A DNA stretch of 64,000 nt from Phyllobates terribilis (taxonomy: Eukaryota), in contig NW_027362764.1 of NCBI RefSeq assembly GCF_046119375.1, positions 72,912,001-72,976,000 on the forward strand. Reading direction: 5' to 3'. Shown one piece after another: positions 25,302 to 38,361 of this stretch. The notes below the pieces were generated by a model. That model saw nothing but the letters and a program-made list of their open reading frames with translations. It had not been told where the DNA came from and did not search any database. The number at the start of each line of letters is the position of its first letter. Positions within the stretch are counted from its first letter, which is position 1. The translations under genes and the position numbers were made by a program.

Positions 25302-26142
25302 ACTTCGCCACAGCAGTTGTCATATCGCCACATGCAGAAATCAATAAGACAATAAAAAGGGCTTGTTAGGAAGGCTTTAAAGATAACAATAAGTACATGT
25401 AACGGTTTACTGGGCCTGGGGAAGCTCTCAGGTTCCCTTTAAGTGTAATTTATTTTTTGGAACTTTTTTTAAAAAATTGTAAAACAGTTGAAAATCTGAA
25501 TGGCATGTATCAAGTCTTTAGAGTCAGTTTTCTGATGTCACAAAGTGGCAAATTTTGGCAAACTTCATTCTTGCACATAAATTTTTCAATTTCTCGCTAC
25601 TTTTGCACTATTTATGAAATGTGATATTTTTTCAAAATAATTCCTATAAGGTGGGTGGTATAAAAAGTGGAGTAACTTTTGTAAAAAGAAGTGTAATATT
25701 TTTACACTCACCAAATTTATCAAACATCATGGAACAAATTTGGATCAAATAACGGAAATGAAGCCACTAGAAAAAGTGACTTTAAAAAGACCCTGCATAA
25801 TAACTTCCCCCAGTAAGGAGATGGTATAAGAAGGGAAACATTAGTAATGTCAGAAGATGAGCCAACTTTATCATACATCATGTGAAACTTTAAGAAATTT
25901 GATGCAAATAATGGCAACACAGCTTCAAGGAAAACTGACTTCAAAAATGATAAATGTACCCCGAAGCCCACTATAGTAAGGTGTAGCAAATTTATTGATA
26001 GGAACAAGCCTCTAAATTTCACACATCTTTGGACTACTAGAAAGCTAGTGTAGAATTCAACTACAATATGTGCCAGTATTCTGGCTTACATTGTAGTAAA
26101 CTTGTTGCGAAGGAATTGGTCCCACCCATTTTTTGTGGGACA

Positions 26143-27400
26143 AACATTTTTATTAAGTTTTCAAAAGAATACAATAAAGTCACAATAAAAAGAAGCTTTA
26201 ATTTTACATAATAAAGTAGAATAAATCTTAAAGAAAACTTGATTATACAATCATTGTAACAAATAACAGGTCCTAAGACCAGTAGAGACAGTGTCATGAT
26301 TCCTCCCTTCAGCGTGTCATGGGCACAGTGAATGATAGCTCAGTCATCCAATCGGGTGCAGGGGCGTGCTTAGCTGTCAGTGTGTTGATGGACAGCTCAG
26401 CCATCCAATCTGGTGCAGGGGTGTGCTGAGCTGTTGTTACTTTGACAGCTCGGCCGTCCAATCAAAGACTGGGAGTTTCTGGGCTACTTGCAGGTGCTCT
26501 CTGTTTCTAATTAATGCCTTGCTACTTAGCTGAGCTCTCAGCTCAAATCTCTGCCAATAGTAGCATTCACTCGGTAGGTGCTGTTTACCAGGTATTCTGT
26601 GCTCTGTTCATTAATGTTTTGCTGCCTGACTTTGGACCTGGTTCTGACTATCCGCTTGCTCAACCCCTTTGCTCTGATCCGCTATTCTCCGGGTATTCTG
26701 ACTTCGGACTGTGACCTGACTTTGCCTTTTGCTTATTACGTGCTCTCTTGGTATCTGTCCCCGGAACGTTTGACTATCCTGCCTCATGGCTTGTCTGTGA
26801 ACGGTGACTAGCTTTACAGGCAGTATACAAGATGTTAAGAAGTACATAAATAATGTCAAGTTAATTGTAGGATTTGGGGGCAAGGGAAAATAAAAGAAAA
26901 GAAAAAAGAAGAGGGGGGGTAGGATGCCCATGAAAACCAGACTCTAGAATAGAGGTTCAAGCTGTCTCGGTTCTCAGCCATAAGGGACTCCGTATGTTCT
27001 GTATGATCTAATTCAATGATACATTCCCTAGAAGAAGGTGTTATGGATGATTTCCATTGTCTAGGAGAACTTACGGATCGGGCAGTGAGAAAAAAACGTA
27101 ACAAGCCTTTTTTAGTTGCGGAGATAGGTCCAGAGAGGAGTGCTATCTGAGGAGATGGGACCAAATGGATACCAGTCACTTGATGATGGATTTCAAAATG
27201 CCAGAATGACTGCGGAAGATGGCAGGACCAGAATTGGGTCATAGTACCTATTCCAGCTCCACATCTCCAGCACAAGTTGGAAGTCACTGGGAAAATTCTT
27301 CATAGGGGTTTAGGGCATCTGTACTAACGAGCTAAGATTTTAAAGTTCTTTTCTTGGGCATATGATATCTTACGAGTCAGGAAAAAGATTAATTTCCTAC
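26143..27400 (-). mobile_element. L1-clade LINE 3' fragment, interrupted by a solo LTR
   Basis: ORF 26856-27287 contains CWRCGAGIGTMTQFWSC (L1 ORF2 C-terminal cysteine motif); AATAAA-containing 3' end near 26150; boundaries approximate. Confidence 0.7.
26292..26818 (+). mobile_element. Probable solo LTR (5-bp TSD type)
   Basis: TGTCATG...TTTACA; flanks GACAG and GGCAG (4 of 5 match); three CCAATC boxes in tandem. Confidence 0.55.
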
Positions 27401-28042
27401 CGGTAGCCACTCTTTCAGTAAGGAGGCCGAACAGCGTTGTAGCACTATTTACATGCAGAATAACTCTATATCTGCAGGAAAATACCGTTTGGGGTCATGA
27501 CAGGTTCCCTATAAGCTGCATCATATTTTTATGTTTTTTTTTCTCAATTAACCTGTGAAATCTTGTTTTTCAGAATATGTATTTTTTAATCATTATTTGG
27601 TCCTTAAAATACAGCATTTAATTTCTATTCTTTTTTTTTTTTGCTGATTATATCAAAATTTTAATTCTGTAATTTTTTGTGTATTTTTTTACAATTTTCT
27701 CTAAATATTCTGAATTACATTTTAAATATATTTAGTTAGGTGTATACATTAAGGGAATATCCTATATGTATAACATTTGTGTCATTCAGTATATATTATT
27801 TTCTTTATAGAGGAGCACACAGAGGGTTTTTTTCTAATGGAATCTCAATAATGACTAGCGGTCTGCTGTACAGGGTCTGTGCATACAGTGTGTGCATGAT
27901 GCCGAACAGTTAAAATTCATCTATTACCTCTGTAGGACTCAATAAATTCCAAGGCATTGTTTGAGAGTGGAAGAATTATCTGGTGTCTAACAGAAACAGC
28001 GGCACTGTTAAGAAGAGGTTTTGTCTGGTATTGCAGAAACTG

Positions 28043-28777
28043 TCTACACAAACGGTTAGAAACCGACTCCATGAGGGTGGTATGAGGGCCCAACGTCCAC
28101 AGATGGGGGTTGAGCTCACAGCCCAACACCGTGCAGGACGCTTGGCATTTGCAACAGAACACCAGGATTGGCAAAGTCACCACTGGCGCCCTGTGCTCTT
28201 CACAGATGAAAGCAGGTTCACACTGAGCAAATGTGACAGATGTGACAGAGTCTGGAGACGCCGTGGAGAGCGATCTGCTGCCTGCAACATCCTTCAGCAT
28301 GACCGGTTTGGCAGTGGGTCAGTAATGGTGTGGGGTGGCATTTCTTTGGAGGGCCGCACAGCCCTCCATGTGCTCGCCAGAGGTAGCCTGACTGCCATTA
28401 GGTACCGAGATGAGATCCTCAGACCCCTTGTGAGACCATATGCTGGTGTGGTTGGCCCTGGGTTCCTCCTAATGCAGGACAATGCCAGACCTCATGTGGC
28501 TGGAGTGTGTCAGCAGTTCCTGCAAGATGAAGGCATTGAAGCTATGGACTGGCCCGCCCGTTCCCCAGACCTGAATCCGATTGAGCACATCTGGGACATC
28601 ATGTCTCGCTCCATCCACCAACGTCACGTTGCACCACAGACTGTCCAGGAGTTGGCGGATGCTTTAGTACAGGTCTGGGAGGAGATCCCACAGGAGACCA
28701 TCCGCAACCTCATCAGGAGCATGCCCAGGCGTTGTAGGGAGGTCATACAGGCACGTGGAGGCCACACACAATACTGA
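28043..28777 (+). pseudogene. Tc1 transposase, N-terminally truncated, catalytic domain open
   Basis: WRPVLFTDESRF, FLLMQDNARPH, WPARSPDLNPIEHIW; 34 residues between the second D and the E. Confidence 0.9.
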
Positions 28778-29030
28778 GCCTCATTTTGTTTTAAGGACAT
28801 TACATCAAAGTTGGATCAGCCTGTAGTGTGTTTTTCCACTTTAATTTTGGGGGTGACTCCAAATCCAGGCCTCCATTGGTTAATAAATTTGATTTCCATT
28901 GATGATTTTTGTGTGATTTTGTTGTCAGCACATTAAGCTTTATACAGAACAAAGTATTCAATGAGAATATTTCATTCATTCAGATCTAGGATGTGTTATT
29001 TGATTGTTCCCTTTATTTTTTTGAGCAGTG
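28043..29030 (+). mobile_element. Tc1 (DD34E) transposon, 5'-truncated
   Basis: Right TIR ...CCCTTTATTTTTTTGAGCAGTG followed by TA; no left TIR found; 5' boundary approximate. Confidence 0.85.
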
Positions 29031-30904
29031 TACATACACACATAGATATTCTATATGCATTATATATACCTTACTTGCTGATATGCACGTTTTCACAGGG
29101 GTGATTGGATGTGATGTCTTCAACAGAGGTCATGTAGACAAAGCGGCTGGTGGCACTAAATGACCACTGATCACTAAATATTTACGGATCGGAGGTCATT
29201 CCTAAAAAGGCTCATTCACAATATAAATGCACCATGAGCTTCATGACAATGAAAACAGCTGCTTCGCATTACAAATACTCGAGATAAGAAGGGGGCATTG
29301 TCTTGGACTCAGATAAAAGCAATGAGCCAAACCCACAGAAGTGAAGTCATGTATGCTTAGATGACTTTGATGTGGGTAAATCTCCAGTGGAGTGTTTTGT
29401 CTTCATATTGTATAATTACCTTTTTTTGCACCCACTGCGCTTCACAGCCTCAGTGTTTCATAATAAGGATGAGCTAAAATAACACATGAAATGATGAGAT
29501 CTCCAACCTTCAAAGTGAACACCAGGGAAGAGCTTTTGCTTTACTTGCCAACATTTTGTCTTTCCAGGTGGTCTACAAAAAGTGCATCTACCATTTCCAC
29601 TAAAATGTACAGAAGAACTTACAACAGTAAATATGCCATATACTCAAATAACCTTTAGTTCTGTCCTTTCACACAAATTGTCTCACTGCCCTTATCCCCC
29701 ACAACTATGTAAAACTTTTTTAATGCTCATTAAAGTTTATGTCCAATTCCCATGCTTGGTAATATACAATTGTGAAGCCCAGCTGTGCTTGGTATCACAA
29801 GTCCTAGAAGGGTGTATTGAAGGATTCCTCCACAAGAGGCCCCCATAACCATTCACACATCTCCACCTTCCACCTCAGACTACGAGAGGGAGCCCGTTAG
29901 GGAGATATAAAAGGGAAGGTGGAGCCCGGCAGCCTTAGTCTAGACTGGAACTGACAGAGAGCAAACCTGTTGAGAGAGTTCCTGCAGTAGAAGCCTGAGA
30001 GAGGTCAGCCTGCAGTGGAGCTTTTCCAGATCGAGACTCGGTGTAGCTCAGTGAGGTGAGCTTTAGGTGTGCCGGCGCCTTAAGATCAGTGAAGAGCGAC
30101 ACGCTGCCGTTAGTGTGAGTAGCCTATTGAGGGTCCGAGTAGGCCGAAGGCGAAGAGTAGAGAGAGTTAGTTCATAGGGGGCTTAACTAGCTCACCCTGA
30201 AGAAGCAATTACCGGACACCGGGTTCGAAGCTTGCCGGGATCTCCATGACCCAGTAAGATAAACCGGAATCCCTGGAGAACTGCAGGTCCCAGGATCGCT
30301 AAAGTGCTGATACTTACCAGAGCCAGGAGACACATAGGCCCCGTAGGTCGGAAGCGTGCACTCCAAGAGAAGGCCCTACCACAAGGTCAGCCAGCGCAGG
30401 ACAGAGACAAAGTTAGGCCTAGCTCCAGGCAGGTCAGAAACTTATTACGCAGCAGCAAGAACCAGGAGGCCCAAAACCTGCTCATTGGGGAGGATCCGGA
30501 CATACACCCTTCACCCTACAATGCTCCGGGGAGTGCCTGAATTTCCATCAGTAAAAGGTACTGAAGTGACTTTTGTGTCCGTCCCTGTTCTTGCTTCGAC
30601 ACGGCTGAGTCTCCTTGTCCTGCATCCCCGTTCTTATACTGCCCTGAGGCCCAGCTCCACCTGTGGGGAGCTATACCATCAAGCTGCCTTATCATCAGCC
30701 TCAGTGGACTGCGCAGCGCTGGTGAATATCATCAGAAACCATAGGTGGCGTCACAAACTTTTTAATAAAGCTTAACATCTATCAACGCCTTTTTAAAGAG
30801 AGACCCCAGAGTACGGGCCCGGGAGCCGACCACCGCGACCTCCTTAAGGCTAAAGGCCTGCGTAACCGAGTCATCCCCATCCCCTGGGCTTGTCATTCTC
30901 TTTC

Positions 30905-30923
30905 TGGCGTCACGAACAGGATT
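30905..30923 (+). promoter_or_regulatory. Primer-binding site, tRNA-Ser(CGA type)
   Basis: TGGCGTCACGAACAGGATT is complementary to ...AATCCTGTTCGTGACG-CCA, recalled as the 3' end of a vertebrate tRNA-Ser(CGA); lies 9 nt from the LTR end. Confidence 0.85.
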
Positions 30924-31271
30924 GCGTGCCCGCTGCTATGATGCCGTGTTTTGCCCGTTGCCACCGGGTACTGTGCGCCTTTATTCTGAACTGTGTACGT
31001 AAAGTTGTGGTGAAGGTTGCCGCTGAGCGAGAAGAAGGGCGTAACCGCGGGACAAGAAGGGGCGTACCTGCAAAAGAGCGCGAAGTCCCGGACACGCCCC
31101 ACGCCTCGACGTCAAAGCAGGAAGCGCCAGGTCCTGAAAGGAGCATCGCTGAACGCTCTGACGTGGGACGCAAGCGACGCAAGGTCCTGAAGATAACCGT
31201 CACCTGCGGAGCTGCGGCCTACCGGAAGAAAAAACAGAAGGTAAGCCACGGTTCACTAGGGGGGCGATAAG

Positions 31272-32333
31272 ATGTCCGTCGAACAGCAGAACGCCGACCT
31301 ACCGGTCAACGTCCCCGAAGTCCAACCCGCGCCCGATGATGAGCAGGCCGAAGCCGCCGCTCCACCAACAGCTCCTGTAACACCTGTAATTCCTATGACT
31401 TTACCGTACATTCCTGGAGCAAAGTGGCTCCCTCAGTACAACGGCAAACGAGATACCCTGTCTGGATTCAAACGGAAGATATGTGGTATCTTAGACATGT
31501 ACTCTATGACCGGCAAACAAAGAGCTGCCATTGTATTAGGACAACTGACCGGTTCTGCGGAGCGGGAAGTGGAAACATGGTCAGCCGCAGACCAGGAGTC
31601 AGTGTCCGAAATATTCCAAAAACTACAGACTGTATTTGAGGACCTTACTGAGGCGGACCTCCAGATGAGGTTCTACAGCTGCTCTCAACAACCAGAGGAC
31701 AATGTTCGGGACTACGCCTGGCGTCTCCAAGGGGCCCTGCGGGCTCTGAACCAGGTTAGTCCAACCAGCGTTGAGAATGAGAACAGAATGCTTAAGGAAC
31801 AGTTTGTCCGGGGACTGAAGTCTCCAGAGGAGAGCAGGACTGTGCGTTGGTGGTCCCTGGATCATCCGAATGCCACCTTTGACAATCTTAAGGAAAAGGC
31901 TATAAAATGACTGCAGCCCCTGGAAACAAATGCCATCCAACGTTACCAGGGTGGGGCTACTCCAGTGCCTGCTACACCCACATTTTCCCCAGTGGCTGCT
32001 GAAGCTAAGGTTCCAGCAACGTCCCCTAAAGAACTGGACAGTCTGCGCTCTGAGGTGCGTCAGTTGAGCAAGACCCTGACCACCGTGCTGAGTGCCCTGC
32101 AGCTGCGGACGGAGCCCGAGGAAGGAGGGAAGATCCTGCTAGCCGACAGCCCTGAGGATGTCCCCTGGATGCGGAGGAGGAGGAGGCCAACACCACCCTC
32201 GCCAAGGACCAGTGACCAGCGCCGCCCACCGAGGGAACCAACCTGCCACCGATGCCGTAAGACCGGACACCTCGCCCAGAAGTGTCCTTTAAACGAGAAA
32301 ACCCTGGGTCCGAGGGCCGACACCCAGGAGTAG
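31272..32333 (+). pseudogene. gag: Gypsy-2 gag with one in-frame stop (31908-31910)
   Basis: ORFs 31272-31910 and 31965-32333 share a frame; knuckle CHRCRKTGHLAQKC; homologous to the Gypsy-1 gag. Confidence 0.9.
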
Positions 32334-35300
32334 ACTCACCAGGCCCATCAGACTGGTACAACAGGTTCGTCGTAGGAAGACCTTTCCTGTCCATTGTATT
32401 GGACGGGATCCCAATGCATGCCCTGCTGGACACAGGATCTCAGGTAACCATCATGCCTGACGTTCTCTACAAGAGGTTCTGGTCCATGGACGATCTACGT
32501 CCGCCAGCTCCAAATTTGTCTGTGTATGCTTCAAATGGACTCCCCCTTAACCTACTCGGGGTTAAGAATGTGACTGTAAAGGTGGGGAGAGTGGAGCTGA
32601 AGGACCAGGGACTAATTGTAGTAGAGACCAATCCTGATGACACTAATCCGTACATGGTACTTGGCACTAACATTGTTGGTAACTGTTTGGGAGAGGTTGT
32701 GTTCTTACTCCAACAGATCACCGACACTGCCAAACCAGGACAGAGGAGGGCACTGCAGAAGGAGATCCGCGTCCTGATGTATCAACATCAAGTAAGGTTG
32801 ACAGATGGTGAAATCGGTAACGTGAGGGTAACAGACCCCATACCCATTGTCATCCCCCCAATGAGTGAAATGCTCATCTGGTGTAGAGCTGCCATAGGTC
32901 TTAGAGGACAGAGCTACCAGGCGGTAGTAGAACCCCTTTGCTCCGAGCATAGACCCACGCTCTTAACCGCCAGGGGAGTGGTAGATGTACGTAATGGGAG
33001 GGTGCCTGTCCGTCTTCTTAACCTAGGGGAAGATGAGGTCAAACTGCCACGTTATGCCACTGTTGCCAAATTACATGCTGTCAATAATAACTGCATCCAT
33101 GAGGCGGAGTCCTTAACCTCACCAGATGAAGTAGAGGATAATGACCCTGCAACCCAGGTGGAAGATTGGTGTCAACAGCTCCATGTTGGGACAGACACCA
33201 CTCCTGCCCATCAAAAACAGGGTATACACCGGGTGGCTCAAGAGTACTCGCAGGTGTTCAGTAAACATCCACTAGACTTCGGGAGGATTAAGGGGGTTCA
33301 ACATCATATCTCCACAGGCAGCCATTCCCCAATCAAAGAACGCTATAGGCCTATACCCCCAGCTCACTACCAGAAGGCAAAAGAAATGCTGCATGACATG
33401 AGGAAGGCGGGAGTAATTATGGATAGTTGTAGTCCCTGGGCAGCTCCCCTAGTGCTGGTTAGGAAAAAGGACGGGAGCATGAGAATGTGTGTAGATTACC
33501 GTCAAGTAAATCGTAGTACACATAAAGATGCATACCCTTTACCACGCATAGAGGAGTCCCTGGCTGCCTTAAAGTCTGCAAATTACTTTTCCACCCTTGA
33601 CCTCACTAGTGGATACTGGCAAGTAGCTGTGGCTGAGGAGGATCGGGAGAAGACGGCCTTCACCACCCCGATGGGACTCTGCGAGTTCAACAGCATGCCG
33701 TTTGGACTCTGCAATGCCCCCAGAACGTTCCAGAGATTGATGGAGTGCTGCCTGGGACACCGCAACTTCGAGACTGTGTTACTTTACCTGGATGACGTAA
33801 TTGTGTACTCCAGAATGTACGAGGACCACTTGAAACACCTGGCAGAGGTATTTGAGTCACTGTCCCGGTACGGGATGAAGTTGAAGCCCTCAAAGTGCCA
33901 CCTGCTCAAGAGGAAGGTACAGTACCTGGGACACATTGTCAGTCCGGAAGGTGTAGCACCAGACCCGGAGAAAGTCACAGCCATCCAGAAGTGGCCGGAG
34001 CCGAAGAACCTCAAGGAGGTGCGTCAGTTCTTGGGACTAGTAGGATACTACCGGAGGTTCGTAAAGGACTACACAAAGAAAGCAGCTCCTCTGCAAGACC
34101 TCCTGGTAGGGCAGTCCCCCAAAGGCAAAAACCCTCCATTCCGCTGGGGTAAGGAGCAAGCCGAGTCGTTTCAGGAGATGAAGGAGATCCTGACAGGTGA
34201 TGAGATCCTAGCCTACCCTGACTACAGCCAACCGTTCCTGCTGTATACGGATGCCAGCAACGAAGGCCTGGGCGCTGTCTTAAGTCAGAAGCAGAATGGG
34301 CAAGAGAAAGTCATCGCATACGCAAGCAGGAAGCTCCGTCCGACTGAGAGGATCCCAGAGAGCTATAGCAGCTTCAAGTTGGAGTTCCTGGCCTTAGTCT
34401 GGGCCATCACTGAAAGATTCAAGCACTATCTGGCTTCCAGCAAGTTCACTGCCTATACTGACAACAACCCCTTGACCCATCTTGAAACAGCTAAGTTGGG
34501 GGCTCTGGAACAACGATGGATGTCTCGGCTGTCAAACTACCAATTTACAATTAAATACCGGGCGGGCCGCAAGAACGCCAACTCCGATGCCCTGTCTAGG
34601 ATGCCTCACCAGTCAGACACAGAAGAAGAAGTGGATGACCTGGAAGAGATAGAGCTACCTGCCTTTCACCAGAGTGGGATGATCCATGAGCAACGAGCCT
34701 CCAGGAAGCCACGTGAAAAGACGTTAAACCCCCTTCCTCACCACAGCTGGAAAGAGACCCAGGACAGCGACCCGGTTGTCAGCCGCATCAAACAGCTGAT
34801 AACCCAAGAAGGTGCCTCCCTGGAGAAAGATGCGTCTCTCCAAGCAAAGCAGCTGTGGAACGAGAGAAGCCGGCTGTTTATCTACCGCGAGAAGCTGTGC
34901 CGGAGGTACGTTAATCCAAGAACCCACGAGATGGTATGGCAGATAGTGGTCCCAAAGACAGACATCCAGATGGTATTAGAAGCTTACCACGATCAAGCGG
35001 GGCACTTTGGCTGGAAAAAGCTAGAGACCCTGCTGAAATGTCGATTCTACTGGGTAGGAATGCGCAGCTCCATTGAAAGGTGGTTGCCGGGACTGTGGAC
35101 CCTGCGGCCTAAGAAGAAAGGACTTCAGCAGCCAGAAGGCACCCCTGCAACCCATCAAGACGACTAGGCCCCTGGAGATCGTGGCCCTGGACCATGTCAA
35201 GTTGTCACCCAGTCGGTCAGGATACTCCTATGCCCTGACCATGGTGGATCATTACTCACGTTTCCTGGTGGTCGCCCCCGTCAAAGACCTGACGGCAGAG

Positions 35301-36422
35301 ACAGCAGCAAAAACGTTCCAAGCGTATTTCTGCAGACCCCATGGATACCCTGAGCAGGTGCTGACGGACCAAGGCCCGGCCTTTGAGGCTGAATTGTTCA
35401 AAGAGTTCTGCCATCTCTACGGGTGTAAAAAGATAAGAACTACGCCTTACCACCCACAAACAAACGGTCTCTGCGAAAAGATGAACAACATCATCATCGA
35501 CCTGCAAAAGACCATACCACTTGAGGAGAGAAACCAGTGGCCAGACCTACTACCAGACCTAGTGGATCTGTACAATCATATACCAGTCAGTTCCACGAAT
35601 TGCACTCCGGCATATCTCATGCGGGCAAGGCAAGGAAAGCTGCCCATGGATTTGGAGCTTGGTGTTGTTGAACCTGAAGCTGATATGACCACTGAGGACT
35701 GGGACACCACCAGACAAGAGCAGTACAGAAGAGTACAAGCTTGTGTCAAGGACAGTCTTACTCGGGTGAGAGAAAAGCAGGAAATGCACTACAACAAAAA
35801 CGCTCCAGCAGAACCTTTCACACCTGGTGAAACAGTACTAAAAAGGAAAAGACGCAACCACAAACTTGATGACCAGTGGGAAAAAGACCCCTACACTGTG
35901 TTACCGTCAAGATTTGACAACAAAAAGACTTGTATAATCAGTCGTGATGGAGGAAGAACATCTGCTACAGTGTCCAGGGATCATCTAAAATTGTGTCCAC
36001 ATCTACTAAAGACTCAGGAAGAAGTGCCTCTCACAACCCAGGAAGAACCTAAAGAAACAGTGATCCACACTGACCTAGGAGACTTTCCAGCGGATTGGCC
36101 TCAAATAGGAGGTGCAGTAATCATTCCAGTACTCCAATTCTATGAACTGCCAGAAAACCCTCCACAGCAAGTTGTACCTGTAAATGCTGCAGAAGAGCCA
36201 GCTCAAGAAGTGTTCCCGGATGAAGGATCACCGGCAGGAGCAGAGCAAGAGGGCCCTAGCCTTGCCAGTCCAAGAGAGAGGTTAAGGCAGTTTTACAACA
36301 TGGCCACACGTAGAACTGGTAGAGTAACTGAGGATACAGATACTGACACTCCACCAACCACAGCACTACGCAGATCAGTACGCAGCACGAGAGGTAAACC
36401 CCCTGCTAGGTACACTGAGTAA
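32282..36422 (+). pseudogene. pol: Gypsy-2 pol (PR-RT-RH-INT) in the -1 frame to gag, with one frameshift near 35085
   Basis: 961-aa ORF with LLDTGS, YLDD, RNase H and the integrase zinc-finger start, plus a 449-aa ORF with the integrase core (TDQGPAFE...YHPQTNGLCE). Confidence 0.95.
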
Positions 36423-38361
36423 AATATCAAAATTTCTGAGAGTGTAGATAGTTACCCCTGGGGTATTGTATTTTAAAATGTAATGTACTGCATAATTGTG
36501 TATTTCCCATGCAAATGTACATTATTTTGTGTTTTGCTTATTTTTGAACAGTTTAAGTATATGGACACTTTGCCTAATTACTTCTTTATTTATCAAAGGA
36601 CTGCGTGGCTGAGGACTGTGTGCAGCCCAAAAACTTTTATTGTATATAATTGTGCTCCCTGGAGTGCCCTTTAGGTGACCTCAGAAGGAAAACCTGTCTG
36701 GAGTGGCACGTGTGGAGGTCCAACTCAGGATCTTCATGCCCTGCAGCCACCCCAGGGCCTACATAGAGGGTTTAGGACAGGTCCCTCAAAACCACCAAAG
36801 TACTCTACCTTGTGAGATGGACATCCTTCTTGGGAACCTCACCACCAGAGACTTGGATTCTGAGGACACTCTGTAATTGTTATGCAACGTTTAAGATTCG
36901 TGCCTCCCATAAAGGGAAGATTGTTCTAATATTGCTTATATTTCCAATTGTTGTTATAAAATGTACTTCAGCCCGGGAGTGCTGAGTTTAACTAGGGTGG
37001 AATGTGAAGCCCAGCTGTGCTTGGTATCACAAGTCCTAGAAGGGTGTATTGAAGGATTCCTCCACAAGAGGCCCCCATAACCATTCACACATCTCCACCT
37101 TCCACCTCAGACCACCAGAGGGAGCCCGTTAGGGAGATATAAAAGGGAAGGTGGAGCCAGGCAGCCGTAGACTAGACTGGAACTGACAGAGAGCAAACCT
37201 GTTGAGAGAGTTCCTGCAGTAAAAGCCTGAGAGAGGTCAGCCTGCAGTGGAGCTTTTCCATATCGAGACTCGGTGTAGCTCAGTGAGGTGAGCTTTAGGT
37301 GTGCCGGCGCCTTAAGATCAGTGAAGAGCGGCATGCTGCCGTTAGTGTGAGTAGCCTATTGAGGGTCCGAGTAGGCCGAAGGCGAAGAGTAGAGAGAGTT
37401 AGTTCATAGGGGGCAGAGGAGCTTAACTAGCTCACCCCAAAGAAGCAGTTACCAGACACCGGGTCCGAAGCTTGCCGGGATCTCCATGACCCAGTAAGAT
37501 AAACCGGAATCCCTGGAGAACTACAGGTCCCAGGATCGCTAAAGTGCTGATACTTACCAGAGCCAGGAGACACATAGGCCCCGTAGGTCGGGAGCGTGCA
37601 CTCCAAGAGAAGGCCCTACCACAAGGTCAGCCAGCGCAGGACAGAGACAAAGTTAGGCCTAGCTCCAGGCAGGTCAGAAACTTATTACGCAGCAACAAGA
37701 ACCAGGAGGCCCAAAACCTGCTCATTGGGGAGGATCCGGACATACACCCTTCACCCTACAGTGCTCCGGGGAGTGCCTGAATTTCTATCAGTAAAAGGTA
37801 CTGAAGTGACTTTTGTGTCCGTCCCTGTTCTTGCTTCGACTCGGCTGAGTCTCCTTGTCCTGCATCCCCGTTCTTATACTGCCCTGAGGCCCAGCTCCAC
37901 CTGTGGGGAGCTATACCATCAAGCTGCCTTATCATCAGCCTCAGTGGACTGCGCAGCGCTGGTGAATATCATCAGAAACCATAGGTGGCGTCACGAACTT
38001 TTTAATAAAACTTAACATCTATCAACGCCTTTTTAAAGCGAGACCCCAGAGTACGGGCCCGGGAGCCGACCACCGCGACCTCCTTAAGGCTAAAGGCCCG
38101 GGTAACCGAGTCATCCCCATCCCCTGGGCTTGTCACAATCCACTGTTTTCAAATAGGTAGCTCCACTTTATCAGCATTTCGCCAGCACTATAGGTATCTG
38201 AACTTTCCTTTCCTCACTTCCCAGTATGCTTTGTTTTTGCCATTATTTTGCCTGTCCCAAAACTGTAAGCCCACCTCTCTATTATGCCTGTATGTAGTTT
38301 AAAAGATAGTAGAGCAAGAGCATAGAGACAATAACCAGCCAACAATTCTTATAAAGATACA

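Larger units (their letters stand above)
29771..38135 (+). mobile_element. Ty3/Gypsy LTR retrotransposon (Gypsy-2), nearly intact
   Basis: LTRs at 29771-30895 and 37003-38135 (about 25 substitutions plus one 8-bp indel by manual count); TSD CAAT at 29767-29770 and 38136-38139; PBS; PPT-like ACTAGGGTGGAA at 36991-37002. Confidence 0.97.

Noticed and set aside
31908-31910. APOBEC-like G-to-A hypermutation (probable TGG-to-TGA stops here and at 44958)
   Set aside because: Only two events, and the LTR pairs show mixed substitution types; insufficient evidence.
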